A DNA stretch of 64,000 nucleotides. Origin: a candidate division FCPU426 bacterium. GTDB taxonomy: Bacteria > Oederibacteriota > Muellerivitia > Muellerivitales > Muellerivitaceae. Below the pieces are notes generated by a model, which was not told the DNA's origin, searched no databases, and saw only the letters and a list, made by a program, of their open reading frames with translations. Made by a program: the position numbers and the translations under genes. The stretch lies in the NCBI GenBank assembly GCA_963738405.1, contig CAVTWJ010000014.1, forward strand, positions 128,001 through 192,000. Reading direction: 5' to 3'. Of the stretch, positions 49,681-59,777 are shown piece by piece (position 1 is the stretch's first letter; the number at the start of each line of letters is the position of its first letter).

Positions 49681-50950
49681 TTATTTCAGAATGAGCAATT
49701 TGCCAATTGTTTTGCCGGAGTTGGTGGTCACCACCACGTAATAAACCCCGTTGGCTAGGTAGTTCCATCCCCAGCCCGTCAAACTCACCGTTACCGCCGT
49801 CCCAGACGGAACGTTGTAGAAAGTCTCGTCTTTCACCTTGCGGAAATTCACCGTGAAGATTTCAACCCTCACATTCGAAATACCCAAGTAGGGCGGCGGG
49901 AGGACGTTGACCGTGGGTCCCGAGACCGGGTTGGGATAGATGCCTACTGTTCCCCTGACAACCGACGGCACGGGCGACACCGTGGGCGTATGGGAAGCCG
50001 TAGTGGTCGGGGTAAAGGTCCAAGTCGGAGTCCAGCTGGGTGTAGACGTGAAAGTGGATGTGTAGCTGGCTGTGGAGGTAAAGGTGTTCGTGGGCGTGAA
50101 AGTGCGGGTGGGGGTTGAAGTGGACGATGCCGTGGATGTGGCGGTGAAGGTCACGGTCGACGTATGGGTAGCGGTTGATGTCATTGAAGAGGTAGATGTA
50201 GCCGTGGGAGTGGATGTAAAGGGAGCCGTTGATGTGGAAGAAGCTGTGTTGGTAGAGGTGGCTGTGGAAGTGGCAGTCGAGGTGTGGGTCCAGGTAGCGG
50301 TAAATGAGGGTGTGGCGGTCGGAGTCCTGGTGGAAGTAGCTGTGGGAGTGCGAGTCGGAGTGGCCGTCCCGGTGGATGTCGGAGACAGGGTCACCGTCGG
50401 GCTATTCGTTACCGTATAGGTGAACACCGGTGTCAAAGTCGGGGTTCCCGTCGTGGTTGGACTAAGTGAGGGCGTGGAAGTTCCCGTGGAGGTTTCAGTC
50501 GGCGTGGGTGAAGGCGTGGCGGTACGGGTAAAAGTCGGAGTAGGGGTCGAGGTGTATGTGTTTGTAGGTGTGCTGGAGGGCACGGCCGTATGGGTGTCGG
50601 AAGGAGTCGCGGAAAGGGTCACGGTAGGACTGTTTGTAGCCGTGTAGGTGAATTGGGGTATCTGGGTGGGGGTGCTGGTAAAAACGCTCGTGGAAGTGGG
50701 TGTGGAAGTGCGAGTAGGGGTAGGCGTAAAGGAAGACGTGGGGCTATTGACGAGAGTTGGGGTGCCGGTTGAGGTATTTATCGGCGTGGAAGTCTTTGTG
50801 GCAGTCGAGGTGCCGGTATAACTCCAAGTAGCAGTAGTGGTGGCCGTGGAAGTACTGGTGGAGGTCCGGGTAGAAGTAGAGGTGGCGGTCGGTGTGGCCG
50901 TATTGACCACTGTATTGGTGGTAGTACTAGTCGGTGTGGAACTTCTTGTC
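49681..50950. repeat. stalk + CTD cassette duplicated at about 52311..53540
   Basis: Long near-identical nucleotide blocks, with indels, between the 3' ends of the CE4-like and GH30 genes. Confidence 0.85.
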
Positions 50951-52191
50951 GGGGTCGGCGTCGTAGTGGGCGCAAGGGTTGGGGTCTTCGTAACGGTCGA
51001 GGTAAAGGTATTGGAGGGCGTAGAAGTCTTCGTCGGAGTGGCAGTGGAAGCCGATGTTGCGGTGGGTGTAGGCGTGACCACGGTACAGGTCGTCACCACC
51101 GCGTTATCACGGACAAAGAGGTAATCGCGAACTTCACCGGCGGGAGCGAACCACATGCTCTTGTTGCCCGGCGTCCCGAAATTATTGTTCAGGTAGGTAA
51201 AAAGATCTTGGAGGGTCGCCTGGTTCGTGCTGTAGGTGTCGGCGGCGGCTCCGCTGCCCTGCGAAACGCTGTGGGTGTATTCGATAAGCCAGGTGGAACG
51301 GGTTTGACCCGCCGCGGAGGCAGCCAATGATTTCCAGGCCGTGTCATCGGTTCCGAACATCCCGCCCCTCTGGAACTGGAAAGGCAGGGGAGTCGTATCT
51401 ATATAATTGTAGGAACCTCCCCCGCACTCCGCGGAGAGGAGATAGGAAGGCGGATATCCGGCACAAGTGTTCGCCGAGGAATTCTCGTAGGGAAACACCA
51501 TTTGGGTGACGTTGTAGCCAGGAAAATACTTCAGCAAAAGCGGTTCGTTATTACTCAACTCGGGCCCGATGTCGGTAGCGGTACCGTTGCAGGTCAAGGG
51601 ATTGGGGTGGTCATAGGAATGATCCAACATGTCCCATCCCGCCGCCCTCATGGCCTGCAGGCAGGTCCAGTTCATAAAATAACTTCCGCTCCCGGACGCC
51701 CCACCCCCATTGGCCCAGGAACCCACCACCGCTTCCCCCGCCCTCCAGCCCATGGCATCCAAAAGGGGTTTGCCGTAATCGTATTGGGATAATCGATTGT
51801 CGTCGAATGTGAGGGAATAGGCCCAATGGTAATTGTTGTAAAGGGTCGCCTTCGTGACCGCGCCTGTACCGCCTGCCGTCCAATTCTGGGCGGTTACCAC
51901 AATGGAACTGCCGGTGGTGGTGAAGGTGGCTGTTCCGGCGGAGGAACTATAGGTGGCTGAAACCGCCGCTCCATCGGCCGTGACGGCTACGGAGGCGCAG
52001 GTTCCCACATTTACGATAAGCGTTATTTTTTTGTAATTAATAAGAGAAGGGACTTTTGAGTAATCGACATTCACGCAGTAGTTCTTGTCCGCGGCCATGG
52101 CCATCGAGGCCGCTCCAGCGAAAAAGGCGAGGAAGGAAAGCAAAGTAAATCGCAATAAAGGGTGTTTAGGATTTATGCGGGAGGGTTCCAT
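49681..52191 (-). CDS. secreted polysaccharide deacetylase (CE4-like) + Thr-rich stalk + T9SS-like CTD
   Basis: Signal peptide; SLTFDD, GWDMLDHSYDHP; about 370-aa T/P/S region; GIYPNP..LANGVYY..KLLILK. Confidence 0.8.
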   Translation of the reverse strand: MEPSRINPKHPLLRFTLLSFLAFFAGAASMAMAADKNYCVNVDYSKVPSLINYKKITLIVNVGTCASVAVTADGAAVSATYSSSAGTATFTTTGSSIVVTAQNWTAGGTGAVTKATLYNNYHWAYSLTFDDNRLSQYDYGKPLLDAMGWRAGEAVVGSWANGGGASGSGSYFMNWTCLQAMRAAGWDMLDHSYDHPNPLTCNGTATDIGPELSNNEPLLLKYFPGYNVTQMVFPYENSSANTCAGYPPSYLLSAECGGGSYNYIDTTPLPFQFQRGGMFGTDDTAWKSLAASAAGQTRSTWLIEYTHSVSQGSGAAADTYSTNQATLQDLFTYLNNNFGTPGNKSMWFAPAGEVRDYLFVRDNAVVTTCTVVTPTPTATSASTATPTKTSTPSNTFTSTVTKTPTLAPTTTPTPTRSSTPTSTTTNTVVNTATPTATSTSTRTSTSTSTATTTATWSYTGTSTATKTSTPINTSTGTPTLVNSPTSSFTPTPTRTSTPTSTSVFTSTPTQIPQFTYTATNSPTVTLSATPSDTHTAVPSSTPTNTYTSTPTPTFTRTATPSPTPTETSTGTSTPSLSPTTTGTPTLTPVFTYTVTNSPTVTLSPTSTGTATPTRTPTATSTRTPTATPSFTATWTHTSTATSTATSTNTASSTSTAPFTSTPTATSTSSMTSTATHTSTVTFTATSTASSTSTPTRTFTPTNTFTSTASYTSTFTSTPSWTPTWTFTPTTTASHTPTVSPVPSVVRGTVGIYPNPVSGPTVNVLPPPYLGISNVRVEIFTVNFRKVKDETFYNVPSGTAVTVSLTGWGWNYLANGVYYVVVTTNSGKTIGKLLILK

Positions 52192-52310
52192 CGTCGTTTC
52201 CTAATTCCTTTTGCCCTTGTGAGGCACCCAGACTGTCCAGTTGGACAGCCCCAATTAGGTTGTTCATAAGGCCATCCCGGCCGTCAAGCCGGGATAAACA
52301 GGCCCGCCTT

Positions 52311-55300
52311 TTATCTGAGGATCAGCAATTTGCCAATTGTTTTGCCGGAGTTGGTGGTCACCATCACGTAATAAACCCCGTTCGCCAGGGTGTTCCATCC
52401 CCAGCCCGTCAAACTCACCGTCACCGCCGTCCCAGACGGAACGTTGTAGAAAGTCTCGTCCTTCACCTTGCGGAAATTCACCGTGAAGATTTCCACTCTT
52501 ACGTTGGAAAGGCCCAGGTAGGGCGGAGGCAAGATATTGACCGTGGGTCCCGATACCGGGTTAGGATAGATGCCTACTGTTCCCCTAACAACCGACGGCA
52601 CGGGCGACACCGTGGGTGTTTGGGAAGGGGTCGTCGTCGGGGTAAAGGTCCAAGTCGCTGTCCGGCTCGGGGTGAACGTAAAGGTGGGGGTGAAGCTGGG
52701 CGTTTCGGTAAAGGTATTAGTGGGCGTGAAAGTGCGGGTTGGGGTTGAAGTGGACGATGCCGTGGATGTGGCGGTGGAGGTCACGGTGGGCGTGTGAGTG
52801 GCGGTTGACGTCATGGAATAGGTGGGTGTAGCCGTGGGAGTACGAGTCGGAGTGGGCGTCCCGGTGGATGTCGGGGACAGGGTCACCGTAGGGCTATTCG
52901 TTACCGTATAGGTGAAAACCGGTGTCAAAGTCGGGGTTCCCGTCGTGGTTGGACTAAGTGAGGGCGTAGAAGTTCCTGTGGAGGTTTCAGTCGGCGTGGG
53001 TGAAGGCGTGGCGGTACGGGTAAAAGTCGGGGTGGAGGTTGGGGTTGAGGTGGAAGTGAGGGTATTGGAAGGCACCGCCGTATGGGTGTCGGTAGGAGTC
53101 GCGGAAAGGGTCACGGTGGGGCTGTTCGTAGCCGTGTAGGTGAACTGGGGCGTCTGGGTGGGAGTGCTGGTAAAGACGCTTGTAGAAGTGGGCGTAGAAG
53201 TGCGGGTGGAAGTAGGCGTACCGGTAGAAGTAGTCGTCCAGCTATTCGTCGGGGTAGAGGTTTGAGTCCTGGTATTGGTCGAAGTCCATGTGGAAGTTGG
53301 GGTAGGCGTAAAGGAGGACGTGGGGCTATTAACGGGAGTTGAGGTACTAGTGGGGGTGTTCATCGGGGTGGAAGTCTTTGTGGCAGTCGAGGTTCCGGTG
53401 GAACTCCATGTAGAAGTAGCGGTGGCCGTGGAAGTACTGGTGAAGGTCCGAGTTGAGGTTGAGGTGGCGGTAGGTGTTGCCGTATTGATCACCGTATTGG
53501 TGGAGGTACTAGTCGGTGTGGAACTCCTTGTCGGAGTCGGGGTTCCGGTAAAAGTGGCAGTAGGCGTGGGAGTTCCAGTGGAAGTTCGGGTCGGAGTCAA
53601 ACTAGGAGTGCTGGTTGGCGTGGATGTGGTTGTCGATGTAGAGGTGCGAGTCGGGGTAGGGGTCATCGTAGGCGTCCCGCCAGGACAATAGGCTCCCAAA
53701 ACCTCAACATTGTCGAGTTGAAGATTGTAGGTCCCCCCCGCAACGCTAGCCCATTGAAACACGGTAACTTGACTGGCTGAGAAAGTCTCAGGGGTTCCGA
53801 ACCCCCGCTGGGTGAGCTGGCTGAACAGGACTGTCACCGGCGTCCATGCTGCGGACGCGGTAAAACTCACGCCGAAATTATCCCCATCGGTCACCGCAGG
53901 TATCGCCATCTGGAACCAATAGGTCCCGCTTCCCTTGGCATAAAACACGATTCCGCCGGTATAGGGGCTCAAGTCCACTGTCCCGCCCAAGGGACAGGTA
54001 ATGCCCCCATAGTTACTGACCGAGCCCGAAGCGCTCAAGCTGTGAGCAGTTGATCCCGGCGCGCCGCCGGTTGGAATGGTAATGTTGATGGTCGTGTTCG
54101 CGTCGCCGTAGGTGACCCAGCTTCCTCCCCAGTTGTTAGCGGTGTTTCCGTCCTCAAAATCATCGATCATGCAAAAAGCGCCGGGGATGGGGGTTGGCGT
54201 GCGGGTAGGGGTAGATGTCGGAGGCAGGGTATTCGTGATCGTGGCTGTGGGCCCCACGGACCCAATGATCCCCACGAAAGTCGTGATGCTCTGGGCGGTC
54301 AAGGTGTAGGTGAAGCTGTTCCCCGTAACAGGGATAGCCGTTTGGCGGGTCAGGTTATTACTGGGGTCCGTCACCCACGGGGTCACGGAACTTACGGTGA
54401 TACCGTTGAAGGTGATGGGCTGGGACACGGTCAAGGTGTTGACGTTCATGGCGACGACAACAACCGTGGTCGGAGCTGAGGGATCGTTCTTGAAGGCCGA
54501 GACTGAGACACCCGCCGAGGGCACCTCGGTGGCGCCGATACGGTAATAGCCGGGCCGGACGAACCGGCTCCAGTTTCCCATGCACCAAAGCTTCTTGGTG
54601 GAGGCGTTGTCCGAACCGATAAGGGATTCGTTAGTGCTCCCGCTGGCGGGGTACAGCCACCAAGCGTGATAGGCGTTCATGCTGGCATCCACGATGCATT
54701 GGTGGAGCCATCCCGCCACCTGTAGCCCCGATTTCATCGTGGTGTCGTTGGCGGCCCCGCTCACATCCGACATCTCGGTCTCCCAGCTTTCCTGGTTGGT
54801 TAGGTGCGTAAACCCCGCCCCCGAAAGGCTATAGGGGGTCGCTCCGTTCAACCCATAGAGGTGGTTTCCGATGACGCCGACCATGGGGGCATTCGTGGCG
54901 TCGTCCATGGCAGTAGCCGCCAAAGCTTTGTTGTCGGCAAAACTCTCCGGAATCATGATTTTGGTGGTAAGCGATGCGCCTTTGAGGGCGGTATTCAGCG
55001 CTCCGACGAAAACATCAAACTGGCCCGCGGACCATTCATTGCTCTCGTAGGTGGGGTTCCAATCCGGCTCGTTCTGAGGTGAGACCGCCAGGATGCTTAC
55101 CCCGGTGCTTGAAATTTGTGTGTTGGCGTACTTGATGTAGTTCACCAAGTAACTGGCATAATCGGTGTCATTGCCGTTGGGGGCCCCGCTGGCCGCGCCC
55201 AGAAAGTCGTTGTTGGAACTGCCCCAGGTGGACCCAGAGACACGGTCATTAGCGGGCGGCGCCCATTCGGTGCACCAGACCTGTGTGACGCCCAAGCCGA

Positions 55301-55607
55301 TGGCCTGCTTCATGACCGCGGTTTCCCCCGGATCCGAGATACTCGTGGTGGTGTTGGTATAGGGAATGTGGCAGCGGAGCATAGACAACCCTATTCCGTT
55401 GGGGTTGTTGCCGGTCATACCGGTGGAATCCCAATACCAGGTCGCCAATTGGGTGGAATAGGCGCTCTCGTGCCAGGCACTGCAGGCACCGAAGCCCCTT
55501 ATGTATTGGTCAGTAGTGGTGGCGTCAATGGTGGCCGTTCCGGCCCAAAGGGAAAAGGCAGACGAAAAAAACAGAAAAAAAGTTAATAACGTTTCATTTC
55601 TTTTCAT
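52311..55607 (-). CDS. secreted GH30 xylanase-like + CBM11/CIA30-like module + Thr-rich stalk + T9SS-like CTD
   Basis: IRGFG, SPQNEPD, WETE, AYHAWW, SRFVRPGY; IDDFEDG module; GIYPNP CTD; start reassigned to MKRNE. Confidence 0.88.
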   Translation of the reverse strand: MKRNETLLTFFLFFSSAFSLWAGTATIDATTTDQYIRGFGACSAWHESAYSTQLATWYWDSTGMTGNNPNGIGLSMLRCHIPYTNTTTSISDPGETAVMKQAIGLGVTQVWCTEWAPPANDRVSGSTWGSSNNDFLGAASGAPNGNDTDYASYLVNYIKYANTQISSTGVSILAVSPQNEPDWNPTYESNEWSAGQFDVFVGALNTALKGASLTTKIMIPESFADNKALAATAMDDATNAPMVGVIGNHLYGLNGATPYSLSGAGFTHLTNQESWETEMSDVSGAANDTTMKSGLQVAGWLHQCIVDASMNAYHAWWLYPASGSTNESLIGSDNASTKKLWCMGNWSRFVRPGYYRIGATEVPSAGVSVSAFKNDPSAPTTVVVVAMNVNTLTVSQPITFNGITVSSVTPWVTDPSNNLTRQTAIPVTGNSFTYTLTAQSITTFVGIIGSVGPTATITNTLPPTSTPTRTPTPIPGAFCMIDDFEDGNTANNWGGSWVTYGDANTTINITIPTGGAPGSTAHSLSASGSVSNYGGITCPLGGTVDLSPYTGGIVFYAKGSGTYWFQMAIPAVTDGDNFGVSFTASAAWTPVTVLFSQLTQRGFGTPETFSASQVTVFQWASVAGGTYNLQLDNVEVLGAYCPGGTPTMTPTPTRTSTSTTTSTPTSTPSLTPTRTSTGTPTPTATFTGTPTPTRSSTPTSTSTNTVINTATPTATSTSTRTFTSTSTATATSTWSSTGTSTATKTSTPMNTPTSTSTPVNSPTSSFTPTPTSTWTSTNTRTQTSTPTNSWTTTSTGTPTSTRTSTPTSTSVFTSTPTQTPQFTYTATNSPTVTLSATPTDTHTAVPSNTLTSTSTPTSTPTFTRTATPSPTPTETSTGTSTPSLSPTTTGTPTLTPVFTYTVTNSPTVTLSPTSTGTPTPTRTPTATPTYSMTSTATHTPTVTSTATSTASSTSTPTRTFTPTNTFTETPSFTPTFTFTPSRTATWTFTPTTTPSQTPTVSPVPSVVRGTVGIYPNPVSGPTVNILPPPYLGLSNVRVEIFTVNFRKVKDETFYNVPSGTAVTVSLTGWGWNTLANGVYYVMVTTNSGKTIGKLLILR

Positions 55608-55681
55608 TACTTTATCTTCCCCTGAAGAACCGGAGGCATCCGGGCCTTTTTCCAAAGCTTTTCATGCGTGCCAAGGATTTC

Positions 55682-55713
55682 AAAACGATTTTACGATGGG
55701 TGAAAACGCTTCA
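55682..55713. promoter_or_regulatory. two candidate LacI-type operators upstream of GH30
   Basis: AAAACGATTTT and TGAAAACGCTTCA carry the AANCGNTT core. Confidence 0.4.
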
Positions 55714-55970
55714 AATCATCACCTTCGCTTCAGTGGAAAGATACCGCCGGAAGGGGGGAGGCACAACAGCGGAGACAAATCAATAGGCTCAAAAAAATCA
55801 AACTTATAGACTTTTATTTCAAACAACACAATTTACCGAATTTTCTAAGTTTCTCGGTCAAACCTGCTTCACCTCCGTGAGATTGCCTCACCCCAACCAG
55901 GAAGCCCAATTCGCCAGCGGGACGTTTGCACCTCACAGAGGTTGAAACCAGGAACAACGTTTTCTTTGTT

Positions 55971-56335
55971 CTACTTCAAGATCAGCAGTTTACAAGTCGT
56001 CGTGGTGGACTGGCCCTGGGATTTCACCGTGCAGGTCACGATGTATAGCCCGTTGGCCAGGTAGTTCCCCACGTAGTTTTTCTCGTTCCAATAGACCGTG
56101 TGGTTGCCCGTGGAGTCGAACGAGGCTCCCGACACCGTGGTCGACCAGATCAACCGGCCATCGATGGTATAGGCCTTGAGGGTGATATCGGAGTTCGGGT
56201 CAATTCCCTCTTCGCCCGAGGAACCCACCGTCTTGGCGCTGGCATTGGAGCTTCCCGATCCGGTACCGGACAAATTAACCGCCAGGTTTACCCCGTTCCC
56301 CGTGGAGGGGTTCGGGTAGGCGATCACGCTGGCCG
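55971..56335. repeat. type-B CTD cassette duplicated at 63637..64000
   Basis: Near-identical DNA and protein (IAYPNPSTGNGVNLAV..TTTTCKLLILK). Confidence 0.9.
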
Positions 56336-59300
56336 CCTTCAAGGCCGCAGACGATCCAGACGGCTCCTGGCCCCAAACTAAGGACCCGCCCTCATAGGCC
56401 GTGACATGGGTCCAAGGCGTGTAGCTGGTATAGGCCGCGTAGCTCCAGTCGTTGTCCTGGAGCATGTTGCTCCAGTCGCTCTTGTTGAAGCGGCTCTGGA
56501 TCTGGATAGCCTGCCCAGGCTGAAGTACCAGATTCCCGGTGAACTTGTAGCTGATGTAGTTGGTCTGGCCGCCCAGGCTGGTGGCTACGGTCGTATGCAA
56601 CACATCACTCGTCACCGAAGTCCCGGCAGGCATCAACCCCGCCCAATCCACCCAGCTTTGGACGCTCTGGTTGGTGCAGTCGCAGTTGAACCAGTAGCGA
56701 ACTTCAACATTATTCAGATTCAAAGCCCCGGACCCTGTGTTGACCACCTCAATGAAGGGGTGAGGGCTGTTGGTCGAATCGGTCGTGATCGACGACAACA
56801 GTTCCACGGTCAAGGCCGCCGCCCCGGAGGGAGTAGGCGTGAAGGTGAAGGTCGCCGTCGGAGGAACCGGCGTATTGGTAAAGGTGAATGTCGCCGTCGG
56901 CGGCACAGGTGTGTTGGTGTGGGTAAAGGTGAAGGTGGCCGTTGGGGGCACCGGCGTGTTGGTGTGCGTAAAGGTGAAGGTAAAGGTGGCCGTTGGCGGA
57001 ACCGACGTGAAGGTCGAAGTGGGTGGAATCGCCGTATTCGTCCTCGTCGCCGTCGGTGGAACCGCTGTGTTGGTGGCCGTCCCAGTAAACGTATAGGTAT
57101 TGGTTGGGGTTTGGGAGACCGTTGGACTAGGCGGAGCCGGAGTGTTGGTAGCGGTTGGAGGCAGCGGCGTGTTCGTGACCGTGGGGGGCACGGGACTATT
57201 CGTACTCGTGGCCGTGGGCGGAACAGGTGTGCTGGTGCTGGTAGATGTCGGAGGAGCCGCCGTGTTCGTAGCCGTGGGTGGTGCCGGAGTATTGGTAGCG
57301 GTCGCCGTAGGCGGAACGGCCGTATTGGTGGATGTGGGTGGCACCGAGGTGAAGGTCGAGGTCGCCGGGATTGCCGTATTCGTCGACGTCGGCGGCACGG
57401 CCGTGCTAGTCCTTGTGGCCGTGGGCGGAACAGCGGTCAAGGTCGCCGTCGGGGTGAAGGTAAAAGTGGAGGTTGGCGGTACGGGACTGTTGGTATTAGT
57501 CGCAGTCGGAGGAATAGCCGTATTCGTCCTCGTCACCGTGGGCGTAAAGGTAAAGCTCGCCGTCGAGGTACGCGTGGCCGTGGACGTTGCCGTCGGTGTC
57601 CCCGTGGCTGTCCAAGTCTTCGTGGGAGTGTTCGTAAAGGTCGGCGTGGCGGGTTGGGGGATGACCTGGATGGCTTCCACCATGGCGCTGGTATCGGTGC
57701 TGGTGGTTCCCGTGAAGGTGATGGTAATGACTCCGCCGGTGGGCGACACGTTATTGATCACCTTGTCGTCCTGGGTGTTGGCGCCCACCTGGGCGTAAAC
57801 GTCCAGGTTGGAAACAGCGGTCGAGCCGTTGACGGCCACGTTGAAAACCCTGTCCCCTGCGGCGAAGTCGCCCGAATAGGTCTCGGCGAATTTCAGGGTG
57901 ACCTGGTAGCTCCCGGCGGGCACGTTGAAGGAATAGCTGAAGCTGTTCCCGTAGCGCTGGGTGTCGTAAAGGGTGGAATCGGAGGTGCCGGTCACGGCCG
58001 CTCCCTCAGCCACGGTGGTTCCGCCGCTGAAGTTTTCATCCGCGGCCCAAACGTTGCTCGTGGTGTCCGTATAAGCCGGACCGCCGGCGTTGACCCGCCA
58101 GCTGGAGGACACAATCGGAGTCGGTGTCGAGGTGACGGTGGGGGTGTGGGTAAAGGTGGCCGTGGGCGGGACGGGGGTGTTGGTGGCCGTGGGGGCCGAC
58201 GGCGTGTTCGTCTTCGTCGGGGTGCTGGTCGACCCATTGGACTGGGTGAAACTGTACGACTCAAAATTAAAGAGTGTCCCGGATCCTCCGGTGAACACGA
58301 AATAAACATCATGCAGGCCGGTCGCGCCCGTGATCGCACAGGTGGCATTTTGCCAGGTCTGGGTTCCTCCCGTGTTGGGCACCGGGCATGTGCCGATAAG
58401 CGTGCCGGTCGTGCTGTCAAGGCGGATCTGGATCGAGCCCCCGCTGACGGTTCCCGCGACGCGGGCGCTGAAGGAGGAAGCGCCGGTCCCAAAACTCATG
58501 TTCCGAACCTGGGTCCAGGAGCCGTTAATAGTACCCGTAATATTCATCCCGCCTTCGGAGCAAACCCCAGTTTGGAGCCCCGATTCTTTGGCCATCATCA
58601 CGGCCCGAAGTGTGGAAAAGGGGTTTTGATTCTTCAAGGCCGCAACACCCGCGGTGGTTGGGGTCACGACCGCCAGGGTACCGTCCGAGTTCACGAAAAG
58701 ACGGTCCAGGTTCACGCTGCGCTGATAGACAGCGTTCCCACTGCAGGTCAGTCCGTTCAGAAGAGCCAGCTCTCGGTTGTGATAGGCGATGTAATAGTTG
58801 CTGCCGATATTGACGATCCCGGCATGGTTATTATTACCGCAGTTATTGGGAGGATTAAATAAAGCCGTCCCGCGATGGGTGAACCCGCTCATAGGGCTGC
58901 TACTGGTCATGTAATCGATGCTGGCCGCGGGCGAGGCCGAAAAATCCGTCGAGTAGGAAAAATAGTAGGTTCCGTTGATCTTGTTCATGAAGGGCGCCTC
59001 GAAATAACGAGGGGCGTCGATTGAGACCGCGGAACCGCTCACGCTGATCATGTCAGAGTTCAATTTGATGACCCGGGCATTTCCTGGGCCCCCACCCCCG
59101 AAATAAAGATAGGCCTGGCCGTCATCGTCGATGAAGGCGGCCGGATCGAAAACATAAGTGATATTGGTGCCCGGAGTGCTGTTGCTGACCAGCGAATGGC
59201 CCAAGGGATCGGTAAAAGGTCCGGTCGGGCTAGTGCTGCGGGCGACGCCAATGCTGCCGCCCCCGTTCCCGTAGTAAAGGTAATAGAACCCGTTGCGGAA

Positions 59301-59624
59301 GATTGTATCCGGGGCATAGGTCAGGCCGGCCCAGGAGGTGTTACTGGCGCTGAACGGTATCCCTTCGTCGGTCCAATTCACCAGATCGTCAGAGGACATG
59401 AGGTAGACATTTGTGATTGAATAACCCGTTTGGCCGGTGATGTCGTGGGAACAATAGATGTACATCCGGCTGCTGGCGGTGTCCCAAAAGGCGGTGGGGT
59501 CAGCGGTGTATTGCTGGTAAATGAGCGGGTTTGCGGAGGCGGGCGAGTTGAATAAAGCGAAACACAACAGGGTCAAAATTGGAAATCCAAAATATCGTTT
59601 CAAGCTGAACTGTTGCCCTTGCAT
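55971..59624 (-). CDS. secreted GH43 + CBM6 + malectin + Thr/Pro stalk + CBM3 + T9SS-like CTD
   Basis: TADP, YAPD, FDPAAFIDDDG, YFEAP, NNH (GH43); FSARVA..GLHDVYFVF (CBM6); VNAGG..LKFAE..RVFNV (malectin); EVRYWF..DWSN..NDWS (CBM3); AYPNP CTD. Confidence 0.9.
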   Translation of the reverse strand: MQGQQFSLKRYFGFPILTLLCFALFNSPASANPLIYQQYTADPTAFWDTASSRMYIYCSHDITGQTGYSITNVYLMSSDDLVNWTDEGIPFSASNTSWAGLTYAPDTIFRNGFYYLYYGNGGGSIGVARSTSPTGPFTDPLGHSLVSNSTPGTNITYVFDPAAFIDDDGQAYLYFGGGGPGNARVIKLNSDMISVSGSAVSIDAPRYFEAPFMNKINGTYYFSYSTDFSASPAASIDYMTSSSPMSGFTHRGTALFNPPNNCGNNNHAGIVNIGSNYYIAYHNRELALLNGLTCSGNAVYQRSVNLDRLFVNSDGTLAVVTPTTAGVAALKNQNPFSTLRAVMMAKESGLQTGVCSEGGMNITGTINGSWTQVRNMSFGTGASSFSARVAGTVSGGSIQIRLDSTTGTLIGTCPVPNTGGTQTWQNATCAITGATGLHDVYFVFTGGSGTLFNFESYSFTQSNGSTSTPTKTNTPSAPTATNTPVPPTATFTHTPTVTSTPTPIVSSSWRVNAGGPAYTDTTSNVWAADENFSGGTTVAEGAAVTGTSDSTLYDTQRYGNSFSYSFNVPAGSYQVTLKFAETYSGDFAAGDRVFNVAVNGSTAVSNLDVYAQVGANTQDDKVINNVSPTGGVITITFTGTTSTDTSAMVEAIQVIPQPATPTFTNTPTKTWTATGTPTATSTATRTSTASFTFTPTVTRTNTAIPPTATNTNSPVPPTSTFTFTPTATLTAVPPTATRTSTAVPPTSTNTAIPATSTFTSVPPTSTNTAVPPTATATNTPAPPTATNTAAPPTSTSTSTPVPPTATSTNSPVPPTVTNTPLPPTATNTPAPPSPTVSQTPTNTYTFTGTATNTAVPPTATRTNTAIPPTSTFTSVPPTATFTFTFTHTNTPVPPTATFTFTHTNTPVPPTATFTFTNTPVPPTATFTFTPTPSGAAALTVELLSSITTDSTNSPHPFIEVVNTGSGALNLNNVEVRYWFNCDCTNQSVQSWVDWAGLMPAGTSVTSDVLHTTVATSLGGQTNYISYKFTGNLVLQPGQAIQIQSRFNKSDWSNMLQDNDWSYAAYTSYTPWTHVTAYEGGSLVWGQEPSGSSAALKAASVIAYPNPSTGNGVNLAVNLSGTGSGSSNASAKTVGSSGEEGIDPNSDITLKAYTIDGRLIWSTTVSGASFDSTGNHTVYWNEKNYVGNYLANGLYIVTCTVKSQGQSTTTTCKLLILK

Positions 59625-59674
59625 GGGTCCCCCCGAAATCAAATGTTGGGAATGCCCTCAGGCGCATTCCCAGG

Positions 59675-59688
59675 CGAAACCGCTTCCA
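59675..59688. promoter_or_regulatory. candidate LacI-type operator upstream of GH43
   Basis: CGAAACCGCTTCCA matches GnAAnCGnTTnCA, about 50 bp upstream of the start. Confidence 0.45.
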
Positions 59689-59777
59689 CCTTCAAGTGGA
59701 CCGGTTCACTAGATTTGTGTTTGGAGAAGTGGGTTTTATTCCAAAGGAGGAAAAAGGAGGGGAAAGACTTGTGTCGA

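Noticed and set aside
55657..55673. Minus-strand TGGCACGCATGAAAGC as a sigma-54 promoter for GH30
   Set aside because: GG-to-GC spacing is 11 rather than 10 and the TTGC element is absent
56406..58862. 818-aa plus-strand ORF and many Val/Gly-rich plus-strand ORFs in 50-61 kb
   Set aside because: Antisense shadows of the Thr/Pro-rich coding strand with no recognisable domains
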